Below are positions 24,897 through 36,119 of a stretch of 64,000 nt of DNA, piece after piece. The notes under the pieces are model-generated. The model ran no database searches and was not told where the DNA came from. It worked only from the letters and a program-made list of their open reading frames with translations. The stretch is from assembly GCF_001194135.2 (NCBI RefSeq), contig NC_068984.1, forward strand, positions 17,007,944 through 17,071,943. Reading direction: 5' to 3'. This stretch comes from Octopus bimaculoides. Lineage: Eukaryota. The position numbers were made by a program, and so were the translations under genes. Numbering within the stretch: position 1 is the stretch's first letter; the number at the start of each line of letters is the position of its first letter.

Positions 24897-26340
24897 GTAG
24901 AAACCTTCAGTTTTTCATTGCTATTTGTACACATGTGGTTTATAGATTTTTAATTTCTCATGTGATTGTATTATGTAAAAAAAAAATTTTAAAAAAAGAA
25001 ATTGAAATTTCCAACTTTTGATGTTGGAAATATCTTTTCTCCTCATTCGTAACTATCTGTCAATTTAGAAATCTAGTTGATTATGAAATACGAAATATAA
25101 ATAGTATTATCCGTAAATATTTTGTATAAATCAGCCATTGTGCAAATTGCATCTCATATTTGAGTTTATCACCCAACATCTTTTAAAAACTAAATCTTAC
25201 TTCTATCAAGGAAATTTTAATTGAAGTTTATTTCGAACGTTCATTTCTAAGCCAATGTGTAAGAGTTGAAATTGTGAATTGCATGTACATATTGCATTAT
25301 AATGTAAAGACTATTTCATTTGGAGAAGCAAATAGTTTTCGGATTATTATGTTTTTTTATTAAAGTGTCACATTTCTAAAATTCCGAAGTCTCATATATC
25401 AAATTTTAGCAATAAAAAAACAAAATCCTCATCTGGAGGTACATGAAGCTGAAATGCTTATAAAGTCAAGGAGAAAATATTTCTAACAGAAACCAGTACT
25501 AAGAGGTTACGATGTTATTGAACAATAATGAATTACTTAGCAATACTTAAAGTGAAACCTTTCAAATGTCAGTGTATGGTTTAGCCAGGGGAGGAAGACT
25601 ACATGCGCGACCTTTTCCATTCCTCTCACTGGACATTGTGGGAGGAATGGTAAAACAAGTTATCGTTCTGGAGAACTTATCTGAATGCTCTTCTAAACTC
25701 ACCCACGAGCCAGGTTGTGGTGTTAAACTGGGCATTGGATTGAATTTAACACATCATCAAAATTTTCGAATATTTTTTGTAATTTTCCTGTTAATACATC
25801 AGAGTAAATAAGGTCAAAAGAATTATCTACTGAAAGGTGAATTTGACTAAAAACACTTCCTTTAAAGACAGAATACTTAATTATACTTCAATTTTAATCC
25901 GGATTAAATGGTTTTAAAACTGTATGATACTATTGATCTCAAATAATTTCAGTTTTAAATCAGACTAATTTCACTGTTCAACTTGTATGCGAAAAGCTTT
26001 TTAAACTGATGTTTCTGCCATTGCACTTAAGATTGCATTTCTTAAGTTCTCTGACTTTTGTTTTTTATATCTAAGTTTCTCAGTTCTATTTTATTATTGT
26101 ATCAGTTGATCTTACTTCCCCATATACAAAGGTTACACAACTATAAATAGTAACTCAGGCACAGAATTTTCCAGTAATAACATTTATACAAAGAGGAAGA
26201 ATGAAATGTTCTTCTTATTCTTTTGCTTCAAAGATGTTAAGAGTAACATACATAATGGATAATTTAGCTTCTAAGATGTTTTAACAGCTCTCTGTTTTTT
26301 TTTTTTTGTCTATTTCTTACAGAGGAATCTTTGCTGTATC

Positions 26341-27216
26341 ATGGATCCATCAAACTTAAGTAATTCTGACATACCAATTTTAATGAAAGGATGCAAAAGC
26401 TATGCTGAATTTTTGTGTGGTTATGGTGCTGCCTTTATCAACATTACTGTCACATTTCCCATTAACAAGGTGACATTTCGTCAGCAGCTCTATGGTGTAA
26501 GTAGTGTGACTGCTTATAAACAAATTTATCATGAAGGTCTACGCCATTTATACCGTGGGCTTCTGCCTCCTTTGTTACAAAAGTCAACATCTGTTGCAGC
26601 TATGTTTGGAATTTACCAGAATTACAATGAACTACTCTTGAGGAAAACTAATCTGCCAACAGATGTTAGGAAAGGCACTGCTGCATTTTTTGCTGGAACT
26701 ACAGAAGCAATTTTGACACCTTTTGAGCGCATACAGACACTTATGCAAGATCAGACTTACCATAAACGTTTCCAGAACACCTTTGAAGCATTTCGAATGA
26801 CAAGTTCTTACGGACTAAGGGAATACTACCGTGGTTTGACTGCTATTCTTTTGAGAAATGGACCGAGCAATGTTTGTTTCTTTTTGGGGCGGGACCATAT
26901 CAAAGAATGTCTTCCAGAAGCGGAAAGTAAATTAGAAGTAATTGGACAAGACTTTATAAGTGGAGCTTTATTAGGTGCTGTCATTAGTACTGTTTTGTTT
27001 CCATTAAATGCTATCAAAACACGCATGCAGTCAGAATTTGGATGTAAATTTATCAGTATTTACGATGCTTACTGCATACTGCTTACTGAACGTAATTATT
27101 CACGAATTAACTTATTACGAGGAATGCATATCAATTACATAAGATCATTTATGTCATGGGGAATTATTAATGCTTCTTATGAATTTTTGTTGACTTTCTT
27201 GAAACCAAAATCTTGA
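26341..27216 (+). CDS. SLC25A51: Mitochondrial carrier SLC25A51/MCART1-like (NAD+ transporter in mammals), 291 aa, CDS in one exon
   Basis: Three carrier repeats (FPINKVTFRQQ, TPFERIQTLMQ, FPLNAIKTRMQ). Strong similarity to MCART1: LYRGLLPPLLQK, AGTTEAILTPFERIQTLMQD, EYYRGL..IL.RNG.SN, SWGIINASYEFL. Polypyrimidine/TACAG acceptor ends at 26322, 18 nt before the ATG. Confidence 0.95.
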   Translation: MDPSNLSNSDIPILMKGCKSYAEFLCGYGAAFINITVTFPINKVTFRQQLYGVSSVTAYKQIYHEGLRHLYRGLLPPLLQKSTSVAAMFGIYQNYNELLLRKTNLPTDVRKGTAAFFAGTTEAILTPFERIQTLMQDQTYHKRFQNTFEAFRMTSSYGLREYYRGLTAILLRNGPSNVCFFLGRDHIKECLPEAESKLEVIGQDFISGALLGAVISTVLFPLNAIKTRMQSEFGCKFISIYDAYCILLTERNYSRINLLRGMHINYIRSFMSWGIINASYEFLLTFLKPKS

Positions 27217-28188
27217 TCACCTGAAAGTGAATGCTGGACAGTATGATTCTGAGCCCATAAATAGTAATGAATTTTTTTTTTTTAATTGAAAGGATTTGTT
27301 CAAGGTAGGATAGTAAATGGGAAAATAGTTTAGTGCTGATTGCTTTACTGCTTTTTTTTTTTTTTTTACTTCTGTAGTTTATTTGTATTAATGATTTAGT
27401 AGTGTAGAATATTTGGCTGTGTTTGAATGCACTAATTTGATGCATGGTGGTGATATTTTCTGAAATGCTTTTATTGATTTCAGTCCATCTAAAGATGAAA
27501 TATAATGCTTTTTGTGACATACTTCCGTTTATAATATTTGGGGAATGAATGCTGATCAGTCGGTATCATGTTAAAAAGTTCAAACTGAAAGCAGATTTTT
27601 GTTTTAGTTTGTATAAGTTCTTCGTTCTAACCATGTTGTTTCAATTATGTTCTCATTCCCATTTAAAAATGGAACTATTCTGCTGATTATCAAGTTAAAC
27701 GCTTTAATTACTATATGTTGTTGAGTATAACCACCAGATGAGGGTGCTATCCCGAGATACTACTAGTAATTAAATTATTAATAATGATTTTTTTTGACTT
27801 GGAACAGTCATATTTTTTTTTTTTGTAGCAGGTACAATTAATTAATTTGACCAAAGCAGTTGACTAAGACTTATTTTGATCCTTTGTTTCTACCATCCAT
27901 TACAGTCAATAATATTGAAGTTATTCTAACACTTAGTGTCAAAGGTTTTTCTTCTTTTTTTTTTACATGTGTGAATGTGAGTTTAAAATTTAGATGTGTG
28001 GTATGCGAGATGTTTGCTCTTTTGTTTTGTTGAAAAATACTTTTTTTTCTTTTTTCAATGAAACATCATTAATTCTTTGTTTCTTGTTTCACTACATGAT
28101 TATTTTACCAATTTTGTTTCTACAAAAACAAAGGTGAAAGCAATCCTTTTCTTCTTAATATGAAATTGACTATTGTGTTTCCAGAAGA

Positions 28189-28320
28189 AATAAAACTGAA
28201 CAATATTTTGTATTTGATATGGTAGAAAAGCTATGAATGATAATGTTTCACATACAAAATTGCAGAATATTTAATATAAAACAATTCTGCAGTTTTGAAT
28301 CCTGAGATTTAAAAAATAAA
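28189..28320 (+). terminator. Candidate polyadenylation signals for SLC25A51 (AATAAA at 28189 and 28315)
   Basis: AATAAA hexamers at the end of a U-rich, repeat-free ~1.1-kb 3' UTR-like tract. Confidence 0.4.
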
Positions 28321-28605
28321 AAAAATAATTGTAAGATGTCAAAAAATGTCTGGTAGTTATTTGCACGTGGTTAAATGTGTTAATGACTACAATGAATTCT
28401 TTCGTTTGACTTATGTTCTACTTATTTTAATAGGTTTTAAAGAAAGTAATGTCATTAGTTTAATAAACACAGCATGCAGTACAAACCCATACACACATAT
28501 ATAGGAAGGGGACCCAGCCATAAAAAGTCTGCCTCAAAAGAATTCCATCTGAATTATGCCAACAAGAGAAAGTGGACATTAAAGTGATGTGATGTTGTAT
28601 ACACA

Positions 28606-28656
<51 letters not shown>

Positions 28657-28741
28657 GTGTGTGTGTATATATATATATATGTGTGTGTGTTGACACGTGT
28701 GTATATATATGTACACATACATGTATGTGTGTATATATATA

Positions 28742-28788
<47 letters not shown>

Positions 28789-29653
28789 GCGCATATACAT
28801 GTATAGAGATATATTTGTGTGTGTGTATGCCAAGTTGTGTCCTAACATGACCACTTCTTGGATGCTACCACAGATCACAGACAGGACAACCACTGGGCAT
28901 TTGTTGGTCTATTTCAGAATCAGGGAACCTTTGTTTAGATCACCTTCCTTTTTGGCCCTTCATGAGTAACAGCTGAGCATTGCTATCCCTAGAAATGGTT
29001 GCTCAGTCATTCTGGGTGCCACCAAATCTCTCCCTCATTTAGAAAAGAAGGAGCCAGTACCCATATTTGAAATTACATACTTCATGCTTGTCAGGCTTGT
29101 TTGTGCTACAACACCCTGTCACAGCAGGGCTTCATGAGAGATTTATAATGTGTTTTTCAACAAGTTTCTGTGCATGGAATTTGTTGTGAGTGAAGCAAAT
29201 ACAGAACTGCTCTCACTTTTCAACTAGGACAGTTTTCCTACTGGTGGTCTAGTATCAGCTGCAATGACAAGAAATTGAATGGCTCTCAAGTTTTACAGTA
29301 CATCCTTCTTTTAGACAGATGTTCTGACAGGAACTAGGGCTCCATCACGCCAAAGTGGACTTACAGCATTCCTGTACACCATCTTAAGTATTTCTGTGTA
29401 TGTGTGCATATATGCATACAGGCCTAGGTGTGTGTGTATACACATAGATTTATGTGTATACATATATAGGTATGTATGTGTGTGTGTGTATATATATATT
29501 ATATACACACACATACTTTGCCTGATGAGGATAATTATATATCTTTGTTTGGCTGTGACTTGATCATTGAGTTGCAAGGTAGGTTGAATTCAAATTAAAT
29601 AAACCGTATAATTTTGTGCTTTGTATTTGGTTTGCAAGATTCTCGATGTGAAA

Positions 29654-29878
29654 TTTTGCTGTCCTTGGGAGAGTCATTATGCCATTGATAATAACAAAGA
29701 CACAGGTTCAATTCCACTTCTTTATAAGTCAGGTGGTTAACTATCTAACCACCTAACTAAACAACCAGTTAGAGGGTTAGATAGTTAACCAATTGACTAA
29801 GAAAGAAGTGGAATTGAACCTGTGTGTGTGTGTGTGTTATTATTAATGGCATAATGACTCTCCTAAGACACAGCAAAA
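29654..29878. repeat. Foldback (long inverted repeat) element, ~105-bp arms and 8-nt loop
   Basis: 29700-29723 is the exact reverse complement of 29802-29825. Imperfect pairing extends both inward and outward. Confidence 0.9.
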
Positions 29879-30931
29879 CCATATAATCTGCATTATATAT
29901 TGAATACTCTCTTCCATATTTGTCAACAAACAGCAACTTTTGAACGTGTGTGTGTGTGTACACACACATATATATTTCATGTGTGTAGATCTTTTGCCAA
30001 CTTATATCATTGAAGGATGTAAATATCAGTGAGTAAACTGGTGCTTTTTGAGAAAAGTTCTTTGTGATATTTGTTCTGCACCAAGTTACAGATACTTGCT
30101 TGTCATTCTCGCCTTGTGAACTACTGTGAACTTGTGATTGTCTCATTGGAAACCTATAACCAACGATGCTATTGTTCACAAATTATGATATATATATATA
30201 TATATACACATGAGATATAAGTTTAAATTTTCATCAAAGTAGCAGGCTTGTTTATATGTCTATAAACATGCAAACAAATTACTTAAATTTGTTTCAAATA
30301 ACTAAATAAAAAAAAAATCCCCTAATAATGACAGAATTTTCTTTCCAACTTATCATCAAATGGCATTTACTGAATATCTAAGGTCTCTGGAGTATTGCAG
30401 TCTATTGGTTTCTATTGTCAGCATTATAAAGTTGGTGTAAACTTGAATGTTTAAGCTCTGTTGGATCTTGTATCCTTTAAAAATTTCAAGAAACTGTCTC
30501 CAAAAGATAACAGTCTCTTGATTTCAATATCAGATATCTTCAGAGTGTTCATAATTTTCTTTCATATTCATGAACGACATAATATTTGTGATCAATTTTA
30601 TTTTCTCCTAAATCACATTAAAGGAGGTTAAATTTTTTTTTCTCTTAAATTAAAGCAGCTATTAATTACAAATCAACTTCAATCAATTTTGATTGCCAGT
30701 CAGTATAACTTTTCATAAAACATTGTCTTGTTCATTTGTTGTCTTTCTGGTACAAGATGAAAATGGAAATATTAAATTCCAAATTTGTTTATACTGTATA
30801 AATGTTTTTTTTTCTAAAGTAAAAAATGAAAAATAATAAATATAATTCTATTACATTTTCTTTAATTTTATTTTTAACAAATACCACAACTGTTTTTATG
30901 TCATATCTAAAGTTTTTTAATTCTCCTTGAA

Positions 30932-31290
30932 AGGATGTGGCTGTGTGGTAAGAAGCTTGCTTCCCAACCACATGGTTCTGGGTTCAGTCTCACTGCGTAG
31001 CACCTTGGGCAAGAATCTTCTATTATAGTCTCAGACCAATCAAAACCTTGTGAGTGGATTTAGTAGACTGAAACTGAAAGAAGCCCGTCATGTATGTGTG
31101 TCTGTTTGTCCCCAACCACTGCTTGAGAATTAGTGTTGTGTTTATGTCTCTGACTTTGTGGCTCAACAAATGAAACTGATAGATTACCAGTCTTGAAAAA
31201 AAAAAGTACTGGGGGTTGATTCATCTGACTAAAAACTCAAGGCAGTGTTCCAGCATGGCTGCAGTCTATTGATTAAAACAATTAAAAGAT
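30932..31290 (+). mobile_element. CORE-like SINE
   Basis: Family head and 3' end. Confidence 0.75.
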
Positions 31291-31339
31291 AATTAATGCA
31301 GCACCTGTTTACTCAGTGTTCAGCACCTTATTCTTAGTT

Positions 31340-31790
31340 GGAGGAAAGAGAAAGGGAAGTGCCCATGACATTTGCAAGGTCTCTGAGACCAGTGAGTTTG
31401 CTGTTGAAACTGTTGCTAGCGAATACTTGCAAAGAAGAGACTCTGGAAGATCAAAGTTCTGTGACAAAGGATCGGGCACAGTGGTTTGTGTAGAATTTGG
31501 ACACATCAAAAGCGTTGAATATGAGTGGATCAGGAGTGCCTGAATGGACTTTCAAGACCAGCCAGCTCTAAAGATCATTTTAGTAGCAATAGAAAAGAGA
31601 GAAGAAACAGCATAGCTGTGTCTGTTAAGAGGTTGGAATGTGTCTGTCAGTCACTTCAGAGGCCCTCATGTAGACATGATAGTTTAGAAGCTGAAATATT
31701 TTCTAGCACTGAAGAAAAATAACATGACTGAAGACTCTAGCTGAATGTTGTCCATGTTGAGAAGAGGATGTGTTAAGGCTGGTCCCCACC
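31340..31790 (-). mobile_element. Decayed L2/Crack-like LINE ORF2 C-terminus
   Basis: FQPLNRHSYAVSSLFYCY...SF.TEL*SS...QVF resembles 'QPLSHRRNVASLSLFYRY...SF..RT..LWNSLP..VFP'. Confidence 0.55.
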
Positions 31791-31861
31791 GGTCAAGAGG
31801 ATTGGCTTGCTAAGTATTCTGACTGGTGTGCTAACGATCCTGCCACCTTGCTGCCTCATAA

Positions 31862-32085
31862 ATATTCTCTTCAACTCTAGGCACAAGGCCTGAAATTTTG
31901 GGGGAGGGGGCCAGTCGATTAGATCGACCCCAGCACGCAACTGATACTTAATTTATCGACCCCGAAAAGATGAAAAGCAAAGTCGACCTTGGCAGAATTT
32001 GAACTCAGAACATAACAACAGACAAAATACCGCTAAGCATTTTGCCCAGCATGCTAACGTTTCTGCCAGGTCACCACCTTTGAGA
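31862..32085 (-). mobile_element. Meta-like SINE, tail B
   Basis: Full reverse copy, flanked by TAAATATT direct repeats. Confidence 0.8.
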
Positions 32086-32339
32086 TCGTAAATATTGCAA
32101 ATTGGATTTATGGACATGTTGTATAGTGAAACTGTATACTCCTCCCAGTAAAAAGTAGTTATAGCAAGCCATTATAAATAGACCAGGAGAAGGTCAGACG
32201 GTTAAAGTCGAGAGTTGTGTAGACTGTGTTGATAGTCGCGTCTTCGCTGATATAGTAATCATGCTGTGAGATTGAGTGGACCTTTTGAGTATAATAATAC
32301 TCTATGATTGGGGGTCATACAGTGCCAGATAGAAACATT

Positions 32340-32560
32340 CTAGCTGGCAGAGATGTTAGCACGCCGGGAGAAATGCTTAGTCGTATTTCGTCTGCCGTTA
32401 CCTTCTGAGTTCAAATTCCGCCGAGGTCGACTTTGCCTTTCATCCTTTCAGGGTCGATAAATTAAGTACCAGTTACGCACTGGGGTCGATGTAATCGACT
32501 TAATCCCTTGTTTGTCCCCTCTATGTTTAGCCCCTTGTGGGCAATAAAGAAATAAGAAAC
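32340..32560 (+). mobile_element. Meta-like SINE, tail A
   Basis: Flanked by AGAAACA(T/C)TCTA direct repeats. Confidence 0.8.
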
Positions 32561-34054
32561 ACTCTATCGACAACTTCGGAATATAACAATATCTGTCAGA
32601 GCAACAACCGTCATCAAAAGACAGATACAACAGTGGCAAAAGACCGCTTTAAAACAGGAGACCAACAACGAAAGTGTCCAAGGAGGGCAAACATGTTCTT
32701 AAGTACAAGAGAGTAATTTGATAGATTAGTGCAATTAATAGAAAACTTGGTAAGTTTGAAGTTTGTCTGCTGTACAGATTGATGGAAATAAGAGCTACAT
32801 GTAAGTCCTCAGAATGATGATCTGCTTGTAATTCTTGGGAAAGGAATTAGGAAGACAAACAACTCAAAAGAAGAAGAAGATTAATGAATTGCAGTGACAA
32901 TGAATTATTGCTGTTTCTTAGCCCCAAAGGCATTCTAACAGTAAATATTTTGTCTTTTCAGAGTACATAATCTAATTATATCAGCATGGAACATGGACAT
33001 CAAAAGATAAAAATTATGATGATGTCCTTTTCATGTTAGCAGGGTGTGATTTGGCTACTTTTGCTAGCAGATCAAGTAACTATGAGGATGTTCTCTCAAT
33101 CTGTACTATCAACTTTTCTTTTTCTTTTTTATTTCATGGAATTTCGAAGTGCTGAGTTGGCAGATGATGGATTGACAAGAAATGTCAACAAATGTCACCA
33201 GATGCAATCCAATGACAAACAATGGCATCATCCCTTGAAGCCATAGCTCTGCATAAGTTTTAACATACATATGGTTTCTTCCAGTTTCCATCAACCAAAT
33301 TCTCTCACAAGACATTGGTCAGCCAAAGGCAGTTGCAGAAGACACTTGCTCATGTGGTTGAGAAAGCAAATTTATTTTCATAGCTAATGTCTGTGCCTAC
33401 ACAGTTATGCCTGCATTTCATTCATGTTTGTGCTTCTTCTATGCTTGTGTTTAAATGGGGGAAAAAAAGTAAGCCCAATACATTACGATCTGAAAAACTA
33501 GTTTTAAATTGTCTACAAATTTTAGTGTTTTATTGCTATTAGCTGATAAAAATGAATTAGTTATATTAGAATATGAGGCTTTATTCGATACATCGTACAA
33601 CAGACAGAGAAAAGCAAAGACAATTAGCTTCACTTTTGAATGGGTTGAGAGGTCATGTGATGTGACATGAGTGTAAGCAGAGCCAGTTTCCCCTGTTTTA
33701 TTTTATGGAAATTGGTGAGATTGGAAATTGGTGAGATTAAGGACATCTATAAATCAGTGCCTGTAAGGAGAGAATTCCCAAGACTGGGAAGTTAAGGTTG
33801 AGTATAGTGATTAATGTGTTTGAGACACAGTAAAGATAGCAAGAGAAAATATTGATGGGCCTAGAAAAAAGTTGGTATGCAACTACCTACTCCTAAGAAG
33901 CTGAAATGAGACAATTTGGTGCAGCTGTTTGGACACTGACAGTCTGAGTGGATATTCAACTTGTCTTGGCAGTGGAAGCAAACTTACACACACGCATAGA
34001 GAGATTACACATACCTATTGAGTCAAGTACATCAATATCAAAGTAAAAATTGTA

Positions 34055-34380
34055 GTTGTGATACCCATGCCGGTGGCACATAAAAAGCACCATCCGAACG
34101 TGGCCGATGCCAGCACCACCTTGACTGGCTTCCATGCCAGTGGCATGTACAAAGCACCAACCGATTGTGGCCATTGCCAGCCTCCTCTGGCCCCTGTGCC
34201 GGTGGCATGTAAAAAGCACCCACTACATGCCACTACATGGTGTTAAGGACATCCAGCTGTAGAAACACTGCCAGATCAGAGTGGAGCCTGGTACAGCCTC
34301 CTGGCTTCCCAGACCCCGGTCGAACCATCCAACCCATGCTAGCATGGAAAACGGACGTTAAACGATGATGATGATGATGA
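34055..34380 (+). mobile_element. (GAT)n-tailed SINE
   Basis: Internal subunits and family 3' end. Confidence 0.8.
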
Positions 34381-35154
34381 TAATACAAACGNNNNNNNNN
34401 NGTTAAACGATGATGATGATGATGATAATACAAACGCAAGCAGATGTTCAGAGAGAGAGAGAGAGAAGCATTAAAACATCTGATGCTAAACGTGTCAGTG
34501 ATGCCAAACAAGCTGTGCTAAAATGTCTCTTACCCCAGAGAAACAGAATATGCCCAGCCTTATGGATGAGGATCAGGAACCTCACACTGTGGTCTCTTAC
34601 TGCAACTGGACACTTCATCAGGATCCTCCCCACAAGTCCTTGACATCATCATTATTCATTCTGCATTTTTGCTGCCCATGAGCCCATTTTTCTGTTTACC
34701 CAGCTATTGAAGATGTGGGCACAGACTTCCTAAGCCCTGATGGCCAAAATACTAACCATCATCATTAACTTTCATTCCACTCCCACCTCCTTTGGACTAA
34801 ATTGTTCATCCTTCAACAGTTAGAAACTCCTCTAGTAGCTATAGAATTTGTGAGAGACGATAGCATGTGTGTTAGCAAATGAATCTTTATTCGTCGGCTT
34901 TTGGATGTGGTTAAAGATGTTTGTATGTCAGACATAAACAATAGTGTTCCATATGTGGGGGGGGGGAGTACACCATTGTGAATATTACTTGAGCTTTGTA
35001 GAGGATCAGTAACTGATCAGAGCTCAAGTACTTTGTGGTCGTAAAAACAAAAGTTAGCATATGGAGTTGTCAGAGTGGGACTTAGTAAGGCTCTGAGGAT
35101 TTATTTGTATATTTTTAGCAAGAGAGAATGGTTCACAGAATTGTTTTCCTTGAT

Positions 35155-35380
35155 ATGAAGGCGGCGAGCTGGCAAAAATGTTAGCACGCCGGGCGAAGTG
35201 CTTAGCGGTATTTCATCTGCCGTTACGTTCTGAGTTCAAATTCCGCCAAGGTCGACTTTGCCTTTCATCCTCTAGGGGTCGATAAATCAAGTACCAGTTA
35301 CGCACTGGTGTCAATGTAATCGACTTAATACCTTTGTCTGTCCTTGTTTTTCCCCTTGTGGGCAATAAAGAAATAAGAAT
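35155..35380 (+). mobile_element. Meta-like SINE, tail A, with 18-bp TSD
   Basis: AGAATTGTTTTCCTTGAT at 35137-35154 and 35376-35393. Confidence 0.85.
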
Positions 35381-35918
35381 TGTTTTCCTTGATGTGTGCA
35401 GGAATTATGTCTTTGTATGGAGCCTGGTGCAACCATCTGATTTGCCAGTCCTCAGTCAAATCGTCCAACCCATGCCAGCATGGAAAGCGGACGTTAAACA
35501 ATGATGATGAATGATGAATGATAGCAGATTGTTAGTTCATGGTGGCAGATGGTTTTGGTGTGTAGAAGTTTTAGCATTCAGCTTAATCCTTTTGTAATCC
35601 TCTGTCAAATGTAATGCTTATTTATTCACATTGTTTTGAATTTATTCTGCATTATCTTGTAGCTTTGAAAATTCAACGATAGGATTGTTTATTTTTGGAC
35701 TGACAGTGTAGAGTAGGTGTGAGAAGCTGGATCTGGCCAGTTTGGACATAAAACAGGCAGAGACCACTCCTACTAATGGGAATGGTATCCTCTGGATTGG
35801 AGAAAGAGCATTGTTAGAAGTACATTTATCATTAATGCACAGAAGGAAGAGTATGAAAGACAAATAAACCTTGGAATACATTAGAGTTGGATCACAGGCA
35901 GCTTCATCAACAAATATT

Positions 35919-36119
35919 CTTTCCTACACTAGGCACAAGGCCCGAAATTTTGGGGTAGGGGGCCAGTTGATTAGATTGATCCCAGTGTGCAACTGGTACT
36001 TAATTTATCAATCCTGAAAGGATGAAAGGCAAAAATCGACCTCGGCGGAATTTGAACTCAGAACATAAAGACAAATGAAATACTGCTAAGCATTTCACCT
36101 GGCGTGCTAACGTTTCTCT
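35919..36119 (-). mobile_element. Meta-like SINE, tail B, with 20-bp TSD (putative transduction source)
   Basis: CAGCTTCATCAACAAATATT at 35899-35918 and 36120-36139. Confidence 0.85.

Noticed and set aside
26341-27216. Intronless SLC25A51 CDS as a retrogene
   Set aside because: A splice acceptor precedes the ATG, no poly-A or TSD scar is visible, and to my recollection vertebrate SLC25A51 also keeps its CDS in one exon.
34356-34432. Duplicated GTTAAACGATGATG...AATACAAACG around a 10-N gap
   Set aside because: Same overlap artefact.
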